Below are positions 1 through 11,662 of a stretch of 64,000 nt of DNA, one piece after another (the first letter of the stretch is position 1; every line of letters begins with the position of its first letter). The notes beneath the pieces are model-generated. The model saw only the letters and a program-made list of their open reading frames with translations, did no database searches and had not been told where the DNA came from. Both the position numbers and the translations under genes were made by a program. This stretch comes from Octopus vulgaris (taxonomy: Eukaryota). The stretch lies in assembly GCA_951406725.2 (NCBI GenBank), contig OX597817.1, positions 108,004,001 to 108,068,000 on the forward strand. The letters run 5' to 3'.

Positions 1-82
1 AAATGTAATAGGCTGAACTCCATGCACGCGATATTTCGGTATCGTGTTTGCATTTAGTCCAGCAAATTACATTTATAACGGA

Positions 83-147
83 CCATGCTGATGATGGCTG
101 CAGTTTTCCTTGCGGAAAATAACAGCTGAAACTAAGTTAGTACATGG
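83..147 (+). ncRNA. Type I hammerhead ribozyme motif in a PLE pLTR-like fragment
   Basis: CCATG-CTGATGA-T-GGCTG...CAGCT-GAAA-CTAA-G-TTAG-TA-CATGG: stem I CCATG/CATGG, intact core, stem II with internal hairpin GTTTTCC/GGAAAAT, near-palindromic stem III, GUA cleavage after 142. Confidence 0.85.
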
Positions 148-385
148 GTAATTATTTTATTTCGTATATTTTTCACTTGTTTATTGCTATGGTTTTGTGT
201 TGAGTTTGATCTGAGAACATAATCTTTTGTGGAGAATGACGATTTGACGTCTATATCTAGCATGTTGACTGTCCACTTTTCGTGTTCAGTCCTTAATTGG
301 TATATATAAATATTTTAATCTTCGGATTCTTTTTAATATGCTAGACCACTGGTCTTAATTGATAAATATCAATTTCTACCCTTAA

Positions 386-421
<36 letters not shown>

Positions 422-540
422 ACAATCAAGGAACGGCCATAATAGGCCATTCACCCACTAGAAATAACAGCCAAAGCTTCAACCGCAAATAAAAGTCAAT
501 TCTGTAAACCAGGAGAAAATTTAAAAACATTTACCCTGTA

Positions 541-647
541 ATTTCTTATACGATATACCGTTTCATCTGCTGATTAATGGTAAACTAACCTGATTAAATT
601 AAATCAAGCCAATCTTCCACAGGCCCTCAGATTCGTCAGTAAGAAAT
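541..647 (-). ncRNA. Type I hammerhead ribozyme (unit copy 1)
   Basis: Reverse complement of the motif at 1352-1458. Confidence 0.85.
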
Positions 648-1033
648 AGCCCAAGTCGGAACAGATATTTTCACGAGGCATTTCCGACCTTGCCAAGTTT
701 ATATCTGACCTAAAATTTTCAAATCGTCGCACTCGCGCCAAATTTATCGGCAGCAAATAAATATAAGCCGTCGATTCCATTACGGAATTAACCAGAAAAT
801 TCATAATTAATCAATATAGGGTGGCAAAAAAAATTTTGTAGAATTCTTTTGCCACCAGCGGCCTAGTAGGAAAAAATTAAATAGTCATAGACCATTTTTA
901 AGTTTAACATCAACAATCAAGGAACGGCCATAATAGGCCATTCACCCACTAGAAATAACAGCCAAAAGCTTCAACCGCAAATAAAAGTCAATTCTGTAAA
1001 CCAGGAGAAAATTTAAAAAACATTTACCCTGTA

Positions 1034-1140
1034 ATTTCTTATACGATATACCGTTTCATCTGCTGATTAATGGTAAACTAACCTGATTAAATTAAATCAA
1101 GCCAATCTTCCACAGGCCCTCAGATTCGTCAGTAAGAAAT
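1034..1140 (-). ncRNA. Type I hammerhead ribozyme (unit copy 2)
   Basis: Reverse complement of the motif at 1352-1458. Confidence 0.85.
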
Positions 1141-1351
1141 AGCCCAAGTCGGAACAGATATTTTCACGAGGCATTTCCGACCTTGCCAAGTTTATATCTG
1201 ACCTAAAATTTTCAAATCGTCGCACTCGCGAAATATATTTATTTGCTGCCGATAAATTTGGCGCGAGTGCGACGATTTGAAAATTTTAGGTCAGATATAA
1301 ACTTGGCAAGGTCGGAAATGCCTCGTGAAAATATCTGTTCCGACTTGGGCT

Positions 1352-1458
1352 ATTTCTTACTGACGAATCTGAGGGCCTGTGGAAGATTGGCTTGATTTAA
1401 TTTAATCAGGTTAGTTTACCATTAATCAGCAGATGAAACGGTATATCGTATAAGAAAT
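1352..1458 (+). ncRNA. Type I hammerhead ribozyme (unit copy 3)
   Basis: ATTTCTTA-CTGACGA-ATCTG-[58 nt]-CAGAT-GAAA-CGG-TATA-TCG-TA-TAAGAAAT: 8-bp stem I, intact core, GUA cleavage after 1450. Confidence 0.87.
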
Positions 1459-1842
1459 TACAGGGTAAATGTTTTTTAAATTTTCTCCTGGTTTACAGAA
1501 TTGACTTTTATTTGCGGTTGAAGCTTTGGCTGTTATTTCTAGTGGGTGAATGGCCTATTATGGCCGTTCCTTGATTGTTGATGTTAAACTTAAAAATGGT
1601 CTATGACTATTTAATTTTTTCCTACTAGGCCGCTGGTGGCAAAAGAATTCTACAAAATTTTTTTGCCACCCTATATTGATTAATTATGAATTTTCTGGTT
1701 AATTCCGTAATGGAATCGACGGCTTATATTTATTTGCTGCCGATAAATTTGGCGCGAGTGCGACGATTTGAAAATTTTAGGTCAGATATAAACTTGGCAA
1801 GGTCGGAAATGCCTCGTGAAAATATCTGTTCCGACTTGGGCT

Positions 1843-1949
1843 ATTTCTTACTGACGAATCTGAGGGCCTGTGGAAGATTGGCTTGATTTAATTTAATCAG
1901 GTTAGTTTACCATTAATCAGCAGATGAAACGGTATATCGTATAAGAAAT
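1843..1949 (+). ncRNA. Type I hammerhead ribozyme (unit copy 4)
   Basis: Identical to 1352-1458; cleavage after 1941, i.e. 491 nt from the previous site. Confidence 0.87.
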
Positions 1950-2172
1950 TACAGGGTAAATGTTTTTTAAATTTTCTCCTGGTTTACAGAATTGACTTTT
2001 ATTTGCGGTTGAAGCTTTGGCTGTTATTTCTAGTGGGTGAATGGCCTATTATGGCCGTTCCTTGATTGTTGATGTTAAACTTAAAAATGGTCTATGACCA
2101 TTTAATTTTTTCCTACTAGGCCGCTGGTGGCAAAAGAATTCTACAAAATTTTTTTTTGCCACCCTATATTGA

Positions 2173-2231
<59 letters not shown>

Positions 2232-2289
2232 TTTATTTCTATTTGTTTATTTATCTGTGTATTTATTATGTTTTTGGGATCCTCTATCG

Positions 2290-4560
2290 TCATATGTTGT
2301 GGTGTGTGCTAGTGCTCCATTCTAGTTTTCTATTCAGGCTAGGTTTATTTTCTATTATGTGTGTAGCTTCTGTAATTTGTCTGATAGTTGCATCTGTTCT
2401 ATGTGTGGACAATATTCTAATTTCTATATTGTTGATTGATCCCCCGTGTTCCTGTTCGGCGTGTTGGTACAGAATCGATGAGCTTTTACCTTCCTTGAGT
2501 TGTCTCCAATGTCCATTTTACCGCTCTCCTATGCTTCTTGCCGTTTCCCCTACGTATGTCGGTGTTTTGTTACTGCATCGTCCCTCTATACATCTTATAC
2601 TATAGACTACATTTCTGGTTTTACAGTTTGTTTGTGGGCTAAATCTACATACAGTACAGTACTTATCCGTACAGGACGTTCTACAAAAAGGATAGGTTCT
2701 ACCAATTATAGATTTGATAGGGTTGCCTGGCTTTTCAACAACCTTAATTCTTAGCTTAAGTTTGTCTAGGGTCCTTCTAAAGCGGTACGCCAGTTCACCT
2801 CCAGGGGTGGTGTCAACGAACATGACACTCTGGTATTTATGGCTATCATACCAAGAGTTGGCCTTCTCTATTTTCTTTTTTGTCCTTTCTATAGTGTTCC
2901 ATGACTTGTTCCTATAGAATGGGCAAATCCCATTCCTATCATTACATAATATATTATCAAATTTCTTCATGGCTCCTTTATATACTCTGATCCTTTCTTT
3001 ATGGCTGTAACCTGAGAACTGCATGCGGTGAATGAAATATTGTATGTGTCTCTTTAGCTCTGTGGGCTCGCACATGTGTGACACATTTCTCATTATTCTG
3101 ACGAGGTCTGCCATCAAAATATTGAATTTGGCATTGTCCGCAATGGCTGAGTTCCGGCGGATCAAGTATTTTGAGGCCATAGGTTTGGCATAGTATGAAT
3201 GAAGGATTTGGGTTTTATTATTCACAATTTCTAGCCAGAGTTCGGTGTCTAGTACTGGTAGTTTATGGTTGGGGTGTTTAGTGGGGTAGTCTATTGTGAC
3301 CTTAATACTCTGGTGGATGGAGTTAGCTATTTGCTGGATGCTCTCCATAGTATTAGTTTCTATTACTATATCAACATTACTCTCTTGTGGGGGTGCCTTT
3401 ACCACTATGTTGATATCATCAACATAGCGAGAGTACATGTTTACGAGTATGGAGTTCTGTGTTAGGCGTTCTTTAAGCCTTCTGTCCCACCATACCATGA
3501 AAAGGTTGGCCACATCACCAGCGATACTAACGCCGATGGCTGCCCACTCGTCCTGGGCATATATTTTATTATTAAACTTAAACGTGTGGCCTTTTAGGGT
3601 AACTCTTATACTAGCTCCTAGTGCATGTCCGATCATTTTCTTTACCTGATGGACATTTGCGGGGCTCCGTATGGCTCTGGTCCATCCGCGCCATCTTTCT
3701 ATATGTGTCTTCCTAGCCATAGAAGTAATTGTGGGCGGTCTACCTCTTAAACATCTACTGGGGCAGAAACTACTAAGGTTATGTTTATCTAAGTATTCAT
3801 TATTACATGTCAGTCTAAGTAGGAGGCCCAGTTCCTCTGTGTTGACATTACGGAACTCCACCTAGCTCTCGTTGATCATCTCCACGCACTTCTCCACCGC
3901 AAAATCTACGTCGATCGATGGGTATAGGGATACCACATCCATGCTACCCACCATACGTCCTGTCAGGTCACAAGTGTTGTTACAGTCATTGATCCTGCTG
4001 AGGAGATCTTCTGTGCTGTCACAAACATCAGGTGACATCCGGATTATAGGGTGTATGATCATTGAGAGGAAGTAGGAGATTCTGTAATTGCTAGCGATAT
4101 TCGCTCCACAGACTGGTCTTGTTGGTGGTCGTGCTATAGGGTCAGTGGTAACTTTATGGTCCTTGCGAAGTCCATACAGTGCCGGGATATTATTGTTCCA
4201 GGCTTGGAAATTATTTGCTGTACGTTTCTGGGGTCCCAGAACAATTGTCCACATCATCATGTGGGCGTTGAGGACCTTTTCTCTCTCCTCATGCGCCTGT
4301 AAAGTTGTTATTTTTGTATTGGCGATACGAGGTTGCATTGCCTGGATGTAGTTCGGTAAGCTGTCTATTGACATCCTGCCGGACTTATCTGTGGGAAGGC
4401 ATATCACCTCTCCGTTCCTCGTGCGCTGAATGAGCTTATGTAGGCCACATGCAGGTTTAATCCCGAGTTGTTGGGCCTCTGGCTTATTCTGTCTCTGTCT
4501 CTTAGTGTATAATCCTAAAATCTGTCTAAGTTTGGTCCTAGCTATAGTGAACTATGCTTC
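2290..4560 (-). pseudogene. Penelope-like retroelement RT + Cys-rich linker + GIY-YIG endonuclease (Neptune-like), 5'-truncated, two in-frame stops
   Basis: ORFs 3862-4407 and 2518-3861 are in one frame, which continues to TGA at 2290. Motifs TDKSG, YGLRKDHK, MDVVSLYPSI, YSRYVDD, LPVLD, CTDKYCTVC..NCKTRNVVYSIRC..TYVGET..ER, ending KPSLNRKLEW. Confidence 0.92.
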
Positions 4561-4790
4561 CATGTGGTCATTAGTATATAGTGGCGAGATATTGATTATT
4601 GGTATCACCAGAGATGGCATGAAACTGCCTCTGTATCTCAGCTCTGTGTAATCTTATGTGTCTCATTACATATGGAACAAAATCGAAGACATTATCCATT
4701 ATGTACACAAAATTTACATAATTCATAAGATAATTGAGTGATGAATATTTTAAATTATTACTGAATGACAGACAGACAGATTTGCGCGCG

Positions 4791-4841
<51 letters not shown>

Positions 4842-5271
4842 ATACAAGTAATACTGATATGTCTATTTTCGAATTCACGGCTCACTGGAGCAGCTACTGT
4901 AATTTGTTTACTATGATTTATATATTCATGTCCAGTGACATGCACTTTGTCTTTGTCTGAAATGAAAATTGCTGAAGAGTATATTCGTATTAATGAAATT
5001 CTGATTTCTGTCGACATACTGTTGCAGAATAATATAATAGATAATTTATGTCTATTTTTGTTCCATGGTTAAGATGAATTACTTGATGACATAAAGATAA
5101 CGATCATAGATAACAACTCTTGTGGTAGGAAAGATGACTAGCGTATAACAAAGAATATAAGAGTCAAAGATATTCTATTCTGAGACGGAATTTTCAGCAC
5201 TGCCTATGTAAACTTAACACTATTTCACGAATCAAACACTTCATAAGCATAGAGATAACTGTAGTTCGCTC

Positions 5272-5312
5272 CACTGAGGATGGGCAAAAATAACCTGAAA
5301 CCGACCGGTCTG
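5272..5312 (+). ncRNA. Possible degenerate minimal hammerhead
   Basis: CA-CTGAGGA-T-GGG-CAAAAATAA-CCT-GAAA-CCGACCGG-TC-TG; core intact but stem I only 2 bp. Confidence 0.45.
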
Positions 5313-5752
5313 ATGATCCTGTCGAGTCGCTAGAAGATGGTAGGAGTTCGCACCCTTGCTTGCAATATATATCGGGTGCAGATTGTATCGATAACCAGGT
5401 AGACGAGGCATCCTCTTGGGGTTAAAAAATGGTAACAACGTTGGTTCGTACGGAACAGCCATTTTAAAGTGGCGAGAAACATTACTTCTCAGTATAGTTA
5501 TTACTTTCATCTCTTATAGAGATTTTCTATCTAGCTACTTTGCTTGTCCCTGGTATAAAGTTATCTGATTAAGGATCGGCAATCGGAAAACTTCATATCC
5601 ATAGCTTGCTGGAAAACAGGAGGTTATCGATTCCACGTTTATTACGGTGCTGGGCATTGGTGTAGATTGTATGTGTTAGTGTCTGTGTTTATGCATGTAG
5701 ATATGTGTGTATGTATTTATATATATTTATATATATATATGTGTGTGTGTGT

Positions 5753-5805
<53 letters not shown>

Positions 5806-5857
5806 CGTCGTTGATTGGGTAATTAGTTTTTCTGTTTCCGGGGAGCCACATTCAAAG

Positions 5858-5892
<35 letters not shown>

Positions 5893-6022
5893 AGTCCTCC
5901 TATATGTGTTATTTTATTTATCAATACAGTAATGTCAATTATATAATGCAGTTCATTTAAATAGGTAATTTAGTCATTCTTGAATGCAACGATAGTAATG
6001 GCAAATTAAGTTATTGAAGTAT

Positions 6023-6660
6023 TCATGTTGTATTAAGGGTGAATATTTCTTTATAAACAATGATTTTTGTTTTATTTCGGGGTGCATAAGCAAAAAGATT
6101 TTCTTTTGGTCCCGCACGTGATGCTCCTACATAAAGTTGTCCATGTGAAGAGCATGGTTCTTCAAGTTGCAATCCAGCATCTTTTGGTGTTTGACCCTGA
6201 CTTTTATTAATTCTCATAGCAAAAGTAAGTGGGATAGGAAACTGTAATGGCTTAAATTGGAATGGGTCATTGGATGGTATAACTGGCATGCGAGGAATGA
6301 AGACGGTCTCACCATTACCATACCCACTGAGAATATTTGCCTCAATGCATTTCCTCATAAGTTTGTGCACAATTAGTGTTGTACCATTGCATAGTTTTTA
6401 TTGAGACCAATTACGCAGCTCCCACAAGTGATGCTCCACTGTAACGGCTTAAATTGGAATGAGAGATTAGATGGTATAACTAGTATGCGAGGAAAGAAGA
6501 CGGTCTCACCTTTACCATAACCAACGAGAATATTTGCTTCAATGCAGTTCCTCATAAGTTTGGGCATAATTAGTGTTGTACGATTGCATAGTTTTTGTTG
6601 TGACAAATTAGGCCATAGAATAATAGCTTCACCTGAACCAGGTACTTTCATTTTCCCGGA
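6023..6660 (-). mobile_element. Helitron PIF1-like helicase C-terminal remnant with an internal ~190-bp duplication
   Basis: LCN.T..I..KLMRNCIEA.IL.GYGKGETVFIPR..VIPSN.PFQFK occurs twice; FAMRINKSQGQT and SHGQLYVGASR motifs. Confidence 0.9.
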
Positions 6661-6764
6661 GAAAGAAAGGGGCGGAATTTTGATTTTATATATATAGAAA
6701 AAGCATAATAGCTTCCTCTGAACCATTTACTTATATTTTGCTGGACAATCAAACAGATATTTCT

Positions 6765-6906
<142 letters not shown>

Positions 6907-7272
6907 GGTTCAGAATTTATACTAGAACAAGGCCATCAGTTCACCATTAGAGCAAACTTCACCTGCGCATCAGAAAACTTAATTTACGTCTTAACATGCG
7001 CAGGCTGCAATAGGCAGTATATAGGCCATACAAAAAATAGATTACGTAACAGGATGGCGGTGCATAAATCACAAATTAGAAACCCTGAATACCGGAAAAT
7101 ACCGGTCAGCGGACACATAGATAGATGTGCTGCAAATGTAAATCCGAAATTTACAACTTACCCACTTTATAAATTCAGTGACAGCGTAACCTTCACGCAA
7201 CGCCAAAATAAAGAACTTTATTTCATCAAAAAATTTAGACCAAGTTTGAACACCCTGGGCCAGGAATATTAA
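6907..7272 (+). pseudogene. PLE GIY-YIG endonuclease C-terminal fragment (5'-truncated at (TA)n)
   Basis: Open frame [40 protein letters not shown]...HI...[17 protein letters not shown]. Confidence 0.9.
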
Positions 7273-7534
7273 AACAAAACATTGGTCCTCCGAAAAAGAG
7301 AAACGAAATTCTACCACAACCACTACGACTGCCCCAACTCGCACTACTACTACAACCACCGTGGTCACTGTTGCTACGGCCACAGTGAGAGAATTATAAT
7401 AATGGAGGTGGGGCGAATTACAATTTCTCAGATCCTTAAACAGTCACTCACGCTGACAGTGATATGTCTTAGGGAAGGAAAAATTTATAAAAAGATCTCT
7501 TTCTCTACGAGCAGATCTAATCCTGATTCGTCAA

Positions 7535-8015
7535 AAAACTGATGACGTATTACCTCATTGGTCAAGCTATTGTCACCCTGCTTGGTCGGTTTCCCCACAC
7601 GATACAGCTATGGGTCAGACCCGATTCTGATTGGTCAAAACATTGATGACGTCTCGTTCTGCTGGACTAGCCACCTCAGACCCGATTCTGATTGGTCAAA
7701 ACATTGATGACGTCTCGTATCTGCTGGACTAGCCACCTAACAGGATACAGTCATGGGTCAGCTCTAATTCGTCAAAAAAAATGATGACGTATTTCTTCCG
7801 TGGCCAAACTGTCGTTCCGCTTGGTTGATTTCCTAACAGGATACAGTTAAGAGTCTTTTCACTATATTCGTTGAGACTGGGTTTTGATTGGTTTGGAACT
7901 ATATGACGTCAGTGAAAAGTGCAAGTGACCACAGCTTAGCTGAGCTGATATAAATCCGCGAGCAGACACCGACCAAAAATCATTACTGTTGCTCCCATTG
8001 GAACACAAGGTAAAA
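7535..8015 (+). promoter_or_regulatory. Putative Pol II promoter within the pLTR
   Basis: Repeated ATTGG and TGACGT motifs, full TGACGTCA ~7904-7911, TATAAA 7949-7954, TCATT 7980-7984, AAG/GTAAAA donor-like site at 8010. Confidence 0.4.
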
Positions 8016-8244
8016 TCTAAAATGAACTCCTCGCCTTTTCAAGAACATGAATTTTTTATATTTGACTCTATTGAATGTATGTCACAATTATGAACTACTA
8101 CATCATACTCTTTAAAGATATAGCATGTACTCGCTTTATTATATATGAATTTTTTATATTTGACTCTATTGAATATATGTCACAATTATGAACTATTACA
8201 TCATACTCTTTAAACATATAGCATGGACTCCCTTTATTATATAT

Positions 8245-8295
8245 AATTTTTTTTGATAAGGTTCGTCATTTCAAGAACCGAAACATGTTAAAATT
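8245..8295 (+). ncRNA. Degenerate minimal hammerhead (mutated core)
   Basis: TTGATAA (for CTGATGA)-GGTTC-loop-GAACC-GAAA-CATG-TT-AAAATT; palindromic stem III ACATGT. Confidence 0.6.
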
Positions 8296-8337
8296 AAAAT
8301 TTGTCTAATATAGCAGCATTTTCAAACTTCATTTTTT

Positions 8338-8425
<88 letters not shown>

Positions 8426-8447
8426 CATAGATAGATATAAATATAGA

Positions 8448-8492
<45 letters not shown>

Positions 8493-8611
8493 AATACATA
8501 AGAGATGGCTATAATAGGACATCTGACTCACCAGAAAGAGCAGTTAAACTCCAAACCAGTAATAGTTGTAATTCTGAAATGGAAAGAGAAATAAAAACGT
8601 TTACACTATCT

Positions 8612-8705
8612 TTCCTGGACTATGCATAGTTTCGGCAATCTTTTGTAAATAAAATAAAATAAAATAATTTTAATTTACGATTGGCGTTGCCATCTTCAGC
8701 AGGAA
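8612..8705 (-). ncRNA. Type I hammerhead ribozyme in a pLTR fragment (~8495-8745) related to the 491-bp unit
   Basis: Minus strand TTCCTG-CTGAAGA-T-GGCAA...TTGCC-GAAA-CTATGCATAG-TC-CAGGAA; GUC triplet; stem III is a perfect 12-nt palindrome. Confidence 0.9.
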
Positions 8706-8799
8706 GCCAAGGCTAGCATAAAATTTGCTACCCTAAAATTTATTAATATATATATATATATATAATAGATACATAGATAGATATAGCTATAGAAGATAT

Positions 8800-11072
8800 A
8801 TAGGATTTTCTTATACCATCTAGAAAATAATATATTTTGAAACTTATTAATAATGTAAAAAATGTTATTAATAGCATCAAATGGAAAGCCTACGATAATA
8901 ATTGTTACATATAAAATATTAACGATGTAGAGAATACTAATTATATCAATACAAAATTTAAATCTAGAAAGGAACCCCCATATAATAGGGAATACAGGTT
9001 TTAGAGGATAATATGTGGTAGGTGGTGAAAAATATTAAATTTCATAGATACCCAAATAGGCACAATGGATATTTAAGAAATCTAATTATTAGAATAAAAG
9101 AAATGTGAAATATGGAAGGAATTATAGTACAATCAGATATTATATTATATGATAATCTGGTAGAGAAATAAATAAATAAAGAATATAAAATTGTTCCTGA
9201 AAATACTCTTTATAATATAAATAAGGCTTCTAAATTAATCATGATGAAATATGAGTTAGATAATAAAACTGAACCTTATGTACCTATGCACCCTAGAATT
9301 ACTTTAAAAGACCATAAGGATAATTTTTATTCTGACCCAAAAGTTAGACTTACTTGTCCATGTAAATCTAGGTAAATTAAGTAAGATCATTTTAGATAAA
9401 TATATTAATAGATTAAATGAACTTAATTATCTAAAACTTTGGAGTAGTAGTAATGATACTTTAAAATGGTTTAATAATACTAAAGATAAAAATAGATATA
9501 AATTCATTCAAATAGAAATAGATAATTCTTCTTCTTCTATAAATGAGATTGTACTCAATAAGGCCCTAATTTATGCAATGAATAAGGTTGGAATGACTTA
9601 TGATGAAGTTAATGTAGTTAAAGCGGCTAGGAAATAGTTGGTTAGATATAATAATAAGGAAAGATACTAGAGATATTTTGATATACCTATGGGGGCACGT
9701 GATTCTGCCAAGGTGACTGATTTAGTAGGTATTTATTTATTATCGGAACTTTAATTAGAAAAATTAAAGTTGGAGGGTGGATTATATACAGATGACCTTT
9801 TATTACTAAGAATTGCACCAATAGAATTATATAAGAAGAAGCTATATAATTTTTATAAGATATGGATTAGGTATTACTGTATATAAAGAGAACTATAATG
9901 TTAATTATTTAGATGCTAATTTTAATTTAGTAACAGGTAAAACCCAACCATTCCATAAAATTCATGAAAACCTTAGATATATTAATGCTAATAGTAATCA
10001 CCTGCCCTCAATTAAGAAATCGTTCATTGATAATATAGGTAAAAGTATATCGAAGCTTTCTTCTAATTTTGAGATTTTCCAAAAACACGCACTTTGCGGA
10101 GGCGGGATATAATAATAGTATTAAATTCTTTTATAATTATAAATATAACTATAATATAAAAGATTATAATATAAATAATTCCAATGATATTTATAATAAT
10201 ATAAGTTTATAAGTTGGATAAGTTTTATTTAGATAATTATGGTTTTAGTAATAGGTATTATGATAATACAAAAAATGAATATAATTATAGACTAAAATAA
10301 TAAATTCAATTCGTTTAATGATAACAATAAATATAATGAATAAAAATAATGTTAACAATAAGAACAAAATTTGGTTAATTATTCCTTATGGGGCTCAAGT
10401 TAAATCAAACATTATTAAAGAGATATTAAAACTAATTGAAGTATTCATTATAGATAATAAAAAATATAACATTTTTTCTAGTAATTATTTTGGAGTTGGT
10501 TATCTACTACTAATAATGTTGGTAATATTATTTCTTCTTTTAATAGATTTAAGCTTAATAAGTTTTACAGTAACAATTTAAATAATTATTCCAATAATAA
10601 TAAAGACCAAAATATAATTAATTGTACTTGTAGAGATAAGACAAGATGTAAATTTAAAAACAAATGTAATTTGGATGATGTAGTATATAATTTTGTAGTG
10701 ACTTTGATTGATGATAATATTAATACGAATAGTTATAATTTAAACGCGACTTACGTGGGGTCGACTTCTAATAAAATAAAATTAAGGGTGGCTCAACACA
10801 TGCATTCATTTAAGAATAAAACATTGATTAATTCTACTGACCTTAGCAAATATATATGGGAATTGAAATCTGAAGGAATTAAGTATAATTTAAATTGGGA
10901 GATAGTTTGTAAAGCTAAATCTTATCGAATAGGTAATAATTTTTGTTTATTATGTACAAATGAATTTATGGAGCTATTACTATCTATTAATAAAAAGTTG
11001 ATTAATTCTCGAGATGAGCAAAAAATTATATGTAGACATAAGTTAAATTACTTATATAATAAGTTTAACTAA
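8800..11072 (+). pseudogene. Degenerate near-full-length Naiad-type Penelope-like element (RT + GIY-YIG)
   Basis: Fragments IPSRK..YILKLI..IKWKA, TLKDHKDNF..PKVRL.CP, PMGARDSAKVTDLVGIYLL, GLYTDD (9779-9796), CTCRDK..C...C..VVY, YVGST, LSKYIWELK, CLLC..E, CRHK; many stops and frameshifts. Confidence 0.85.
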
Positions 11073-11662
11073 TTTGTGCATATATTTAACCCTGATTTAT
11101 GTTACTAATTTTTGTAGTTATAATTTGTAGTAGAATAATGAGTATAAATTAGCAGTAGATTATGTAGTGTATATTACATAATTAAAATACGATTAAACCA
11201 AGGTGTTTATAAAATAAATAAGTAAATAAATTGATGAATATAGATTAAGTTATCGATATTTATTTTATTTTATTTATTTTACGTATTTTAGTTATAAATT
11301 ATTGAGAATTTAGGATTTTTCCAGTAAATGGTATATTACATCTACTTTATGTCTTATTTTCACAGCTAAAATACATATTGTTATTTTCACAGCTAAAATA
11401 ACATATTTATATCTATCTATTCTATAGTTATTATTTACGGCATGTTTTCACGTGATAAATTTCTTAGCAACGCTAGGCCCTATGTTTAACTTTTAAAATT
11501 TCAGTTAACTGGAATTCTTCAATAAGATAAGTTATGATTTTATTTTTCATTAATATTACTATATTTTATTCGATTATTTAGTGTTTAGATACGTATATTT
11601 CTATATTTATTTGTTAATTTATTATATGTTTAGATACATACATTTATTTTATCATTATTTTA

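Larger units (their letters stand above)
418..2180. mobile_element. Array of ~491-bp HHR-containing units (PLE pseudo-LTR / retrozyme-like), ~1.65 copies on - then ~1.9 copies on +, inserted in (TA)n
   Basis: Unit restarts at 418 and 909; inversion junction ~1231-1234; + copies with 491-bp period; (TA)n at ~391-417 and ~2177-2227. Confidence 0.9.
7273..8340 (+). mobile_element. 3' UTR / pseudo-LTR of the 6907-7272 PLE, with ~61-bp and 98-bp tandem duplications
   Basis: Follows the EN stop and ends at (TA)n; duplications at ~7615-7737 and ~8047-8243; degenerate HHR near the end. Confidence 0.7.

Noticed and set aside
604-1886. Identical 66-aa ORFs at 604-804 (-) and 1686-1886 (+)
   Set aside because: Identity follows from the repeat; no recognisable motif, and the ORF overlaps the ribozyme
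4640-5090. Weak inverted similarity (ATGGAACAAAA at ~4672 vs TTTTGTTCCAT at ~5057) suggesting a MITE
   Set aside because: Too degenerate; no definable termini or TSD
10620-11072. Possible selenoprotein-type Naiad (UGA at Cys positions)
   Set aside because: Cys positions here are TGT; no in-frame TGA or evident SECIS
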